Origin: Bdellovibrionales bacterium
GTDB taxonomy: Bacteria > Bdellovibrionota > Bdellovibrionia > Bdellovibrionales > JAGQZY01
Direction of reading: 5' to 3'
DNA: 64,000 nucleotides
Assembly (NCBI GenBank): GCA_041736155.1
Contig: JBGSUL010000032.1
Coordinates: 16,554-80,553 of the forward strand
Part shown: piece after piece, positions 1 through 8,076 of the stretch
Numbering within the stretch: position 1 is the first letter of the stretch
Layout of the letters: the number at the start of each line of letters is the position of its first letter
Program-made: the position numbers and the translations under genes
Notes under the pieces: model-generated
What the model saw: the letters and a program-made list of their open reading frames with translations, nothing else
Databases searched by the model: none
What the model was told of the DNA's origin: nothing

Positions 1-642
1 TCCCGGAATGTCGGCAATAATAAAGTTTCTATCTTCGGCGATGGACACAACGCCAAGCTGTGGATTGAGCGTCGTGAAAGGATAATCGGCAATGATTGGT
101 CGGGCCGCTGTCACCGAAGAGACCAGTGTCGACTTTCCCGCATTGGGAAAGCCAATGATCCCGACGTCGGCGATGGTTTTGATTTCGATGATAACATCGA
201 CCAACTGCCCATCTTCTCCGGGTTGTGCGTGTGTCGGCGCTTGGTTGACGCTGTTTTTGAAGAACGTATTGCCTTTGCCGCCGCGTCCACCCTGTAAAAA
301 AGGAACATCGCCCTCTTTACTGATATCGAGAAGGATTTGTCCATCAAGGTCTTTGACAACTGTGCCAACGGGAACACCGAGGATGAGGTCTTTGCCGTCT
401 GCCCCAGTCATTTTTTGAAAGTCACCAGGGTGGCCGTTTTCGGCTTGGAGAATTCTCTTCCCAGTATAGGAATAAAGACTGCTGACATTGGGAGTGGCGC
501 GAAAGATAACATGGCCGCCGCGTCCACCATCACCGCCATCAGGTCCACCTCGTGGCACGAGAGCTTCTCGACGAAAGCTGACCTTACCGGCTCCGCCTTT
601 TCCTGACTGTAACTGAATATTAATTTGATCTACAAATTTCAT
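1..642 (-). CDS. obg: GTPase Obg/CgtA, N-terminal ~214 aa. The 3' end runs off the left edge of the window.
   Basis: I translated the minus strand from the ATG at 642-640. It reads MKFVDQINIQLQSGKGGAGKVSFRREALVPRGGPDGGDGGRGGHVIF (Gly-rich Obg fold), then GFPNAGKST (G1) and DIPG (G3). The rplU-rpmA-obg order is conserved. It is missing from the ORF track because there is no in-window stop. Confidence 0.93.
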   Translation of the reverse strand, partial: MKFVDQINIQLQSGKGGAGKVSFRREALVPRGGPDGGDGGRGGHVIFRATPNVSSLYSYTGKRILQAENGHPGDFQKMTGADGKDLILGVPVGTVVKDLDGQILLDISKEGDVPFLQGGRGGKGNTFFKNSVNQAPTHAQPGEDGQLVDVIIEIKTIADVGIIGFPNAGKSTLVSSVTAARPIIADYPFTTLNPQLGVVSIAEDRNFIIADIPG

Positions 643-680
643 GGGAACTCGCTTTTTATTGTCAAAGCGAAAGAGGAAGA

Positions 681-701
681 CTGCGGGAACTTTTCCCGCA
701 G
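681..701 (-). terminator. Possible attenuator or weak terminator hairpin between rpmA and obg
   Basis: On the minus strand, CTGCGGGA-AAAGT-TCCCGCAG forms an 8-bp stem. It is followed by a T-rich tract (TCTTCCTCTTT) that is not uniform. Confidence 0.3.
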
Positions 702-722
702 AAAATACTCAACAGCTTTTGA

Positions 723-989
723 TTACGCTGTTTTTGCTTCGGAATAAACGCTCACTTTAAATTTTTGCTTAGTGATACGCTCGAACTTTACCTGACCTTC
801 AATCACAGCATAAATTGTATGGTCACGGCCAATGCGTACATTGTTACCCACATAAAATTCTGTTCCTCTTTGACGAACAAGAATTGTACCTGGCTTTACA
901 GTTTCTCCACCAAAGCGTTTAACACCTAATCTTTTACTCTGACTGTCGCGTCCGTTTTTGGTACTACCGGCGGCTTTCTTCGATGCCAT
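723..989 (-). CDS. rpmA: 50S ribosomal protein L27
   Basis: 88 aa. [29 protein letters not shown]...ILVRQRGT is the L27 signature. It follows rplU. Confidence 0.97.
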   Translation of the reverse strand: MASKKAAGSTKNGRDSQSKRLGVKRFGGETVKPGTILVRQRGTEFYVGNNVRIGRDHTIYAVIEGQVKFERITKQKFKVSVYSEAKTA

Positions 990-1003
990 ACTTCACCTCT
1001 CGC

Positions 1004-1552
1004 TTATTTTGTCTTTTTCGCAGCGGTTTTTTTAGCTGCCGACGTGGTTTTTTTTGCTACCTTTTTTGCTTTAGGAGCAGCGGCTTTCTTTTTAGGAGCA
1101 GCGGCGGCTTTTTTAGCAGTTTTAGCAGCTTTTTTTGCAACTTTAGTTTCTTTTGATGCGCCTGCATTGGCAGCCAATTTAGCGGCTTTTTTTGCAGGAT
1201 CTCTGACTGGCGCTTTTGTATCAGTCACTTCTTTTTCTCCGTTGGGAGAGATAATGGCTTTTACAAACAGCTCAGTGAATGGCTGACGATGACCTGTCAA
1301 ACGGCGATAGCCTTGACGGCGACGACGTTTAAAGATGATGATTTTTGGATTTTTACTCTGTTGAGTAACAACCACAGTCACCTTTGCATCTTTAACTAGT
1401 GGAGATCCGAAAAGGGAAGTTTGTCCTGAAACAACAAGGACTTCGTTCATATCAAATTCATCACCAAGATTTTTATTCAATTTTTCAACGCGAACGACGT
1501 CTCCCGCCTTCACTTTATACTGTTTGCCACCCGTGCGAATGACTGCGTACAT
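1004..1552 (-). CDS. rplU: 50S ribosomal protein L21 with a ~80-aa Lys/Ala-rich C-terminal extension
   Basis: The N-terminus MYAVIRTGGKQYKVKAGDVVRVEKL is canonical L21. The core is followed by repeats of the form AKKAAKLAAN...KKAAKTAKKAAAAPKKKAAAPKAKKVAKK. Confidence 0.95.
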   Translation of the reverse strand: MYAVIRTGGKQYKVKAGDVVRVEKLNKNLGDEFDMNEVLVVSGQTSLFGSPLVKDAKVTVVVTQQSKNPKIIIFKRRRRQGYRRLTGHRQPFTELFVKAIISPNGEKEVTDTKAPVRDPAKKAAKLAANAGASKETKVAKKAAKTAKKAAAAPKKKAAAPKAKKVAKKTTSAAKKTAAKKTK

Positions 1553-1642
1553 AGGACCTCCTAAAGGGGTTAAGAAGTGCCACAGCGCAAAAGTATTGTC
1601 AATGAAAGTAGCCGGAAAATGAGGCTCTTATAACCCAAAGAC

Positions 1643-1670
1643 TAAAAAAAATGGGCCGAGTAAGGCCCAT
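1643..1670 (-). terminator. Rho-independent terminator downstream of the histone-fold gene
   Basis: On the minus strand, ATGGGCC-TTACTC-GGCCCAT forms a 7-bp GC-rich stem and is followed directly by a run of 8 T. Confidence 0.8.
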
Positions 1671-1743
1671 CTGATTATTTTCAATATTATTCAATAAGTT
1701 CTATCTTTGATTAAGCTGCCCCGGGAGGGTCAGAATGCTTCAA

Positions 1744-1938
1744 TTAAAGATGATCGATAACGATATCGCGAGCCATAACCGTTTTACGGCCATCCGCTTT
1801 CGCAGATTCTGAACCCTTTTCGCAAAGAGCTTCAACGGCTTTGCTTAGAACATCAATTGTTTCAGCCGAAGTATTGAATCCATATTTTTCTTTAATATGC
1901 TTCTTAACTTTACTTGTGACGACGAGAACGTCTGCCAT
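1744..1938 (-). CDS. Small histone-fold DNA-binding protein (bacterial histone, DUF1931/HBb-like)
   Basis: 64 aa. The C-terminal AKADGRKTVMARDIVIDHL matches the L2/alpha3 RKT-x4-D motif of archaeal histones (HMfB ...AKHAGRKTIKAEDIEL, recalled from memory). There is a strong SD (AGGAGG) 5 nt upstream of the ATG and a dedicated terminator. Confidence 0.8.
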   Translation of the reverse strand: MADVLVVTSKVKKHIKEKYGFNTSAETIDVLSKAVEALCEKGSESAKADGRKTVMARDIVIDHL

Positions 1939-2100
1939 GGAGACCTCCTAGAGTGCTTAAATTGCTTTATAGAATTTATATTAGTGCTTTGGATAACTCA
2001 AAAGAAATAACCAACTGATGGAGTCATTCTGGCACTGCGCGGTGACGCTCAATAAGTAAGCTGACCTCTTATGATTTCAACTAGTTAGCTAGTGAGTTTC

Positions 2101-3561
2101 TTATAATTCCACCACGGATTCGCCCCGCACCTGCAGCATTTTTGCGGAGCGCCCGCCGTCTTCTTGAGGATATATCCACACAAAAGCCTTTTGCCCCTCT
2201 AATTTAGTGCATTCCACATCCAAAAAAGCGGGCGACCAGGTTCCCGGGTTCAGATGCTCTATGGCGCCAATGATTTCATGCCGTAAGGTGTGGGTGTGGC
2301 CATAAATGATTCTTTTTGTCGCCGTAATCAAGCCTGACATCGTTAAGGTCTCTTCATCGGGCTTTTTATAATAGGACACATAGGACTGCACGTTGCGACT
2401 ATAGATAAAGTAGGGTGGGAACAGCACTACCATGGGCAGCAACAACCAATAAAAAGAGATATCGTAAATGCGATCGATGAGAAGAAATGCATAAAGCACT
2501 AGAAAAAAACCGATCAAAATAAGAAAGGCACGATCCAGCCAAAGCTCTTTTAAAATTTTAAGTGGACTATCCGAAATGGGCTGCGCAAAAAGCTGTTGCA
2601 TCTCGCGCACCATGCGCGGAGAGGCGTTGGCTTTTTTGGCAATTTCATCAATGCGGTCTTCGATGGTTAACGGATTTTGCAAAGATCGCATCGTCGCATG
2701 ACGCAAAGTTTGAATAAATGTGACGAGTGTTGTCCAAAACCCGGTGAAAACAAGAAAGGGTTGCGCACGCAACATGTAACGAAAGTACACCTTGGTAAAT
2801 CCCCATGCCGATAATAAAAATGTCGAGTCCACATGGGGATTAAAAAATCCCATGCCGTTACTTAAGTAGCGACAGACGAGGTCTCCAAAAGGCAGGCGAA
2901 TAAGTAAGCGATTGTAATCAACCACCACGGGATTCACTGGATCTTTGCTGCAACAGAAGGGGTCGTGCTGATGCCCATGCTCTATCAAGGTGTCTTTGTT
3001 GCTGATATAAAACCATTCAACAAAACGCACTTGGCGTCGCTGTTCGGTGGTGAGCTGCAAAATATCCAAGATGCGTTTTTGCACATCGATCCAGTTGAGC
3101 TCGAGATCGTGATTTCCGATAACAAAAACGGCACGGTGCCCTCTGCGTATAAAATTGGATACCGCCTCGACCCAAAGAGGGTGGTCTCTCAATATCACTT
3201 CAATTTTGTAAATAGATTTCTCTTTTTCTGAATCTAAACCGCGGCGCGATTCCATCCACGAGACATGGTATCCAGGCTCTTCGGGGTGACTGGTCACGCT
3301 GTCAAAATCAAAGATATCCCCATTGAGAACCAGCTCCACTTCTTTTTCACCAGCTTGCGTTTCGAGATAATTAAGAAACGTTTGGAATTCGTGGTCAAAA
3401 AAAAATTCTTTGGACTTAAACTTTTTCCACAGCGGCCGGTGACGATGCGTCGGCTCCGCCTCACACAAATGCAGATCACTCACGACGGCGGTGAAAGCCG
3501 AGGTGGAAAAATCGACTTCTTCTGAAGAAAAGTCTATTTGTGTGGTGAGAGTTTCTACCAT
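2101..3561 (-). CDS. Calcineurin-like metallophosphoesterase with membrane-spanning insertion
   Basis: MPE motifs occur in order: VVSDLHL, NGDIFDFD, IGNHDLE, EHGHQHD, YGHTHT. Hydrophobic segments (AFLILIGFFLVLYAFLLI, FYWLLLPMVVLFPPYFIY) lie between the last two motifs. Confidence 0.75.
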   Translation of the reverse strand: MVETLTTQIDFSSEEVDFSTSAFTAVVSDLHLCEAEPTHRHRPLWKKFKSKEFFFDHEFQTFLNYLETQAGEKEVELVLNGDIFDFDSVTSHPEEPGYHVSWMESRRGLDSEKEKSIYKIEVILRDHPLWVEAVSNFIRRGHRAVFVIGNHDLELNWIDVQKRILDILQLTTEQRRQVRFVEWFYISNKDTLIEHGHQHDPFCCSKDPVNPVVVDYNRLLIRLPFGDLVCRYLSNGMGFFNPHVDSTFLLSAWGFTKVYFRYMLRAQPFLVFTGFWTTLVTFIQTLRHATMRSLQNPLTIEDRIDEIAKKANASPRMVREMQQLFAQPISDSPLKILKELWLDRAFLILIGFFLVLYAFLLIDRIYDISFYWLLLPMVVLFPPYFIYSRNVQSYVSYYKKPDEETLTMSGLITATKRIIYGHTHTLRHEIIGAIEHLNPGTWSPAFLDVECTKLEGQKAFVWIYPQEDGGRSAKMLQVRGESVVEL

Positions 3562-4304
3562 GTCAGTTTATTTTCTTTGGGCTCTATGACACTTAAAATA
3601 ATAATGGAAATTTCATACAGAAACACCAGTGGTATACCTAACAGCATCATACTGATCGCATCGGGGGGCGTGAAAACTCCTGCTACGATGGCAATTGCCA
3701 CAATGGCATACCGACGCATACTGCGCAAACCTCGACTGGAAACGATGCCCATCAATCCCAAGATGACAAGAATCAACGGCATCTCAAAGGCTGCGCCAAA
3801 AACCAAAATGGTCATAAAGAAAAAAGACATGTAATCGTTGATGGTGATCATCGGCACATCGACCGTCCCACCAAAAGACAAGAGGACTTTGAAAGCTGCG
3901 GGCAAAACTAAGAAATAGGCAAAACTGACCCCAGCAATAAACAGAAAAGAACCGAAGAAAATAAAATATCTTCCGTATTTTTTTTCTTTTTTGTAAAGCC
4001 CTGGCTCGATAAAACGCCAAACCTGATAAATCCAAACCGGGCACGATGCAATCAGCCCTGCTAAAATCGAAATCTTTAGATGCGCCATAAAAAGATCCGT
4101 CGGCGCCGTAAACACTAATCCTTTGCTCGGCAAAAAACCGACAATGGGCTTTCTGACAAAATCCATCACAAGTTCACTAAAATTCCAAGCGACAATGGTA
4201 AACGCAACGATCGCATAGAGTGAATAAACAATTCGCGTTCTGAGTTCCGAAAGATGTTCTACAAGGGTGTAGTTGTCTTGTTCAGGTGCTTGATTTTTTG
4301 TCAT
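3555..4304 (-). CDS. tatC: Twin-arginine translocase subunit TatC
   Basis: 249 aa and polytopic. It begins with LVEHLSELRTRI, the typical TatC N-terminus. It overlaps tatB upstream. Confidence 0.93.
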   Translation of the reverse strand: MTKNQAPEQDNYTLVEHLSELRTRIVYSLYAIVAFTIVAWNFSELVMDFVRKPIVGFLPSKGLVFTAPTDLFMAHLKISILAGLIASCPVWIYQVWRFIEPGLYKKEKKYGRYFIFFGSFLFIAGVSFAYFLVLPAAFKVLLSFGGTVDVPMITINDYMSFFFMTILVFGAAFEMPLILVILGLMGIVSSRGLRSMRRYAIVAIAIVAGVFTPPDAISMMLLGIPLVFLYEISIIILSVIEPKENKLTW

Positions 4305-4644
4305 CGTTTTCGTCCAGTTGATTTTGCTCGTGATTCTTTCTTAGCTCTTCTTCTAGATCGACCGTCACAGAATGCTCATCTTCAAGGAGTTGGTTGCGAA
4401 GATGATCTGTAGAGTCGTGGAGAGCATCTTGAATCTCGGCGATGGCGCCCAATCCTTCTTGCATTGGTTTTTTCAGATTTTCTTTCACCTCTAAGAGGCC
4501 GCCGGAAAGATCCGTCGTGGCCTTTTTAAACTCGTTCATCATGCGGCCCAACACTTTGGCCACCTCTGGAAGTTGTTTAGGACCAATGAGTAAAAGGGCC
4601 AAAACACCTATGATCATAATTTCTGAGAATCCGAGATTAAACAT
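4282..4644 (-). CDS. tatB: Twin-arginine translocase subunit TatB (TatA/B family)
   Basis: MFNLGFSEIMIIGVLALLLIGPKQLPEVAKVLGRMMNEFKKA closely resembles the E. coli TatB N-terminus (MFDIGFSELLLV...LGPQRLP), followed by an acidic tail. I chose M13 of the track ORF (4282..4680) as the start. Confidence 0.8.
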   Translation of the reverse strand: MFNLGFSEIMIIGVLALLLIGPKQLPEVAKVLGRMMNEFKKATTDLSGGLLEVKENLKKPMQEGLGAIAEIQDALHDSTDHLRNQLLEDEHSVTVDLEEELRKNHEQNQLDENDDKKSST

Positions 4645-4687
4645 GGGCTTCAGATTAACGATTCCACTCGTATCTGTCATCCCTTCT

Positions 4688-5314
4688 TTACTGATTTTTA
4701 GCTTGTTTTAAATTTTGTGGGTTAGTGAAAATGCCCTTTTCTAAAAGAATGTCCTGGGCCACGCCCGAACCTGTTTTGGCCTGATACTCCATCAAACGCA
4801 AGATATTGTCCTGCTCTGGGGCCATGGTTTTACGTCCCATCAGCATAAATACATCAACAAAGATGTTAAACTTTCGAGAAATTTCCAAATACATTTGCGA
4901 AAAGGAATCCTCGTATATCTCGCGCGAAAGCGAATGATAGGCCGTTGCTCCCATATCCATATAGTAATCCACATCGATGACCTTGCGCTGGAAAGAGTCG
5001 GCAAAAAAACCACTGATATAGAGCGCACTGTCGCCTAATTTTTTAAGCAGCTCGTACCTTTGTTTGGGCGCACTGTTTGCGGCTCGCAACATCATTTCGG
5101 CAAGCGTTTCTCGCGTTTTTTTACCAGAAGGGTCTTCTTCGTTAAAAAGATTGGTCGCCAGCAAGTAATAATTTAAAACGTCGACGAGATACGCCTCTAC
5201 TTGTGGCGCTGTTTCCACCCGCCTTTGTGTAAATGCTTCACGTAGACTTTGACGGAAATAGTCTTTGGAGTTTTCTGAGAAGGAGAGGTCTTTTTTTACA
5301 GCATCCGCGGCCAT
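4688..5314 (-). CDS. Hypothetical protein, 208 aa, soluble; first gene of the tatB-tatC-phosphoesterase string
   Basis: A long ORF with no motif I recognise. It sits 7 nt upstream of tatB on the same strand. Confidence 0.6.
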   Translation of the reverse strand: MAADAVKKDLSFSENSKDYFRQSLREAFTQRRVETAPQVEAYLVDVLNYYLLATNLFNEEDPSGKKTRETLAEMMLRAANSAPKQRYELLKKLGDSALYISGFFADSFQRKVIDVDYYMDMGATAYHSLSREIYEDSFSQMYLEISRKFNIFVDVFMLMGRKTMAPEQDNILRLMEYQAKTGSGVAQDILLEKGIFTNPQNLKQAKNQ

Positions 5315-5384
5315 GCTTTATTTTAACATGGAGTCTACTCAACTTAAAAAAAAATGTGCGCCTATAACTGAGATTTTGTCTCAC

Positions 5385-5438
5385 TATAAGACATGTTTAT
5401 TAGAAACATGTCCTGTATAAGACACGTTTATTAAAAAC
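5385..5438. promoter_or_regulatory. Candidate operator: two 23-bp direct repeats 31 bp apart, with an embedded 9-bp-arm palindrome
   Basis: TATAAGACATGTTTATTAGAAAC (5385-5407) and TATAAGACACGTTTATTAAAAAC (5416-5438) differ at 2 positions. GACATGTTT-ATTAG-AAACATGTC (5390-5412) is a perfect inverted repeat. The repeats lie 70-125 bp upstream of the 5314 start. Confidence 0.45.
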
Positions 5439-5464
5439 TCTCCTTTGGTCCAAGAGGCTCGCAC

Positions 5465-8059
5465 CTAAAAAGTGGTTGTCATCTCGCGCGGTCCGACAAG
5501 TGACATCGCCGCTTTCTGTTGGAAGAGCTTCTCAGCCAGTTTTCTAACATCTTCTGTACCCACCGCCTTGACCCTTTTGGCGTAGTCGTAAATTTCTCGA
5601 TACGTCAGACCGTAGATTTCATTAAAAGCAATGGAGGACGAGATCGCTGAATTTTTTTGTAAACCAATGTCATGACCACCGATCAGGTAATTTTGTGCTC
5701 TTTCCAACTCGGCCTGTGAAATGGTTGTGCTCGCCATTTTATTCAACTCCTCTTTCATCATACGCAAAGCCGTCTCTAATTTTTCTGGTGAACAGCCAAT
5801 GTAAGTTGCAAAATAACCGCCATCCACTCCTTCCATGCGCAATGGCGAAACACTGTACGCCAAAGAGGCTTTGTCGCGAAGCTCGAGAAATAATCTACCA
5901 CCTTGTCCCGATAGCACAGCCTCTAGCACAGAAAGCGTATAGCGTTCTGGATCCGTCAATTTGAGTCCTCGAAATCCGTAAATAAGGTGGGCCTGCTCTT
6001 TTGCCGCGTGAGTGTATCGATACTGATTTTGCGTAAAAGCTTCGAGGGGTTGAGCCGCCATCGGTGTGGTGGTCACCTTGAATTGTAATTTTTCAAGCAT
6101 TTTCATCCACAAAGACTCTTCAAAACATCCGGAAATCGCTGCTACAGCTTGTGTTTGTTGTTGGTGAAAACGCAAACACTCTTCGACATCTTTTTTAGTC
6201 AACTGCGGGACTGACTCGAGAGTACCCAGGGGATCCAGAGCATAGCTGTGATTTGCAAACATCATCTGCTGAAACTGGAGTGAAGCGACGGCGCCAGGAG
6301 AATCTTTGCGAGAGCGCAGCGATTCTAACATCGAAGCTTTTTCGCGTTCGATGATTTCATCACTGAAATCGTACTCATTGTGCACTTGCAAAAATAAATC
6401 GGCCATTTCTTCTTGGTACCCGCTCACACCATCCACCACTAAGCCCAAGGTGTTTCGCCCCGAAAAAGAGTAAAGACTACTGGCCAGAGCATCCGTTTTG
6501 TCTCCCAAAACGTGCTCGCTCAGTTTTTTGGTTTGCGTTGTCCAAACGCGTCCCGCAAGCTCGGCTAATCCCGCCTTTGCCAAGGGCATCGCTCGTCCAC
6601 CGCCCAAAAAGACCAAACGCATATTATATATAGCGGCCTCATCTCCCCAGCGGTAAAACAAAGGAATGTTTTGCGGCAATGTCTTCTGCTGAATACTCCC
6701 CGCATTCGTTGGGGCTTCTGTGAGTTTTGTTTTTCTGTAATCGTGAGCTTTGTTGGGCGCTGTTTCTTTCCCACCTTGAGGTAGACGAAAATCCCATGTC
6801 TCTAACATTTTCTGAACCGCTGTTTTGTCTTTGGGTACAACTGCCGACATCACGTAGTTTTTATTTTGTAGATACTCGCGTGCGACCGCTAAAACGGCTG
6901 CCGTATTTACTTTTTCCATTTTTTCTTGGAATTTTTCGTGAAAATACAAATCATTGGTGGCTTCGTAATTGCCGCCATATTTGCGTGCCAGCCCACCGAC
7001 GGTCTCAATAGTATACGCTTCTTCTGCTAAAAAATTTGTTTTAGCTTTTTGTAGCTCTTCTTCCGTGACACCTTTTTCTAAAATTTCGGAAATCTGCTCG
7101 CTAATCAGTGAAAGCGTGGTGGCTAGTTTTTCTCCATTGAGACTTGCCGTCACCGAAAGAAACCCTGGGCTTTGTGTCGGCGCCCATAATCCCGCACCGA
7201 TGGAATTCACACAGTTTTCCTGCAAACGAAGTTTACGATAGAGGCGTGAACTTCCTCCTTGTCCCAAAATTAAAAAGAAACATTCAAGGGCCGCCATATC
7301 TTCGTGATTGATCGATACCCCTGGCCAACCGATATACAATATCGTTTCTTCAAAAGGCGCTTCTTCCACCACCACACGTTTGCCTTTGGCAAAAGCCCAT
7401 GCATCGCGCTTGGGCTTTTGTACTTTGAGTGGCTTTTGGTCGCCAAAAATAGTTCCCACTTTTTGCTGAAAATCGGAAGCGTTAAAATCGCCAGTCACAA
7501 TTAAAAACATATTTTCGGGCACATATCTCTCGGCGAAAAATGCACGCAATTTTTCCACAGAAACTTCTCGCACGTTTTGTTCATAACCAATGACTGGAAC
7601 GGCATAGGGGTGCCCTTCATACATTTGTGAGAAAAAAAGACGGCTGGCGCGACGACCTAGACTGTCGTGACTGCGTTTAATTTCTTCAATCACCACTTCG
7701 CGCTCACGGTCCACCTCGAGAGAGTCAAAAAGTGGTGTCGTCACCATGTCGGCGATAATTTTCATAGCTTCGTCGGCAAAGTGTTTAGAAATAGTGATGT
7801 AATAAACGGTTTGATCGAAAGATGTATAGGCATTGATTTCCCCGCCACAGCCCTCAACACGTGCCGCGATTTCACCAGCACGATACCGAGCTGTGCCTTT
7901 AAAAACCAAATGTTCGATAAAATGACTCAACCCCTCTTCCTGCGCGCGCTCGTCCGCGCTACCATTACGGGTCCATATTTGAACCGATACGACAGGTGAT
8001 TTGTGACTTTCAATGCCGATGACTTTAAGGCCTTTACTCGTTGAAAATTCATGAATCAT
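5465..8059 (-). CDS. Two-unit M16 (pitrilysin-family) zinc peptidase
   Basis: HFIEHLVFKGT is the HxxEH inverted zinc motif and REREVVIEEI supplies the downstream Glu. A second M16-like half is fused. The start is taken at MIHEFSTSKGLKV (M70 of track ORF 5465..8266), because the upstream extension would overlap hemW. Confidence 0.88.
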   Translation of the reverse strand: MIHEFSTSKGLKVIGIESHKSPVVSVQIWTRNGSADERAQEEGLSHFIEHLVFKGTARYRAGEIAARVEGCGGEINAYTSFDQTVYYITISKHFADEAMKIIADMVTTPLFDSLEVDREREVVIEEIKRSHDSLGRRASRLFFSQMYEGHPYAVPVIGYEQNVREVSVEKLRAFFAERYVPENMFLIVTGDFNASDFQQKVGTIFGDQKPLKVQKPKRDAWAFAKGKRVVVEEAPFEETILYIGWPGVSINHEDMAALECFFLILGQGGSSRLYRKLRLQENCVNSIGAGLWAPTQSPGFLSVTASLNGEKLATTLSLISEQISEILEKGVTEEELQKAKTNFLAEEAYTIETVGGLARKYGGNYEATNDLYFHEKFQEKMEKVNTAAVLAVAREYLQNKNYVMSAVVPKDKTAVQKMLETWDFRLPQGGKETAPNKAHDYRKTKLTEAPTNAGSIQQKTLPQNIPLFYRWGDEAAIYNMRLVFLGGGRAMPLAKAGLAELAGRVWTTQTKKLSEHVLGDKTDALASSLYSFSGRNTLGLVVDGVSGYQEEMADLFLQVHNEYDFSDEIIEREKASMLESLRSRKDSPGAVASLQFQQMMFANHSYALDPLGTLESVPQLTKKDVEECLRFHQQQTQAVAAISGCFEESLWMKMLEKLQFKVTTTPMAAQPLEAFTQNQYRYTHAAKEQAHLIYGFRGLKLTDPERYTLSVLEAVLSGQGGRLFLELRDKASLAYSVSPLRMEGVDGGYFATYIGCSPEKLETALRMMKEELNKMASTTISQAELERAQNYLIGGHDIGLQKNSAISSSIAFNEIYGLTYREIYDYAKRVKAVGTEDVRKLAEKLFQQKAAMSLVGPREMTTTF

Positions 8060-8076
8060 TGTTATAGTCCCTCTCG

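Noticed and set aside
92-606. Three ORFs of 88-108 aa (92-418 +, 111-377 -, 337-606 +)
   Set aside because: All lie inside the obg coding region. The obg frame (minus strand, start 642) gives canonical Obg and G-domain motifs. It was omitted from the track only because it runs off the window.
1044-1286. 80-aa Ala/Phe-rich ORF on the plus strand
   Set aside because: It is antisense to the Lys/Ala-rich tail of rplU. Its low-complexity sequence mirrors the AAG/GCN codon repeats.
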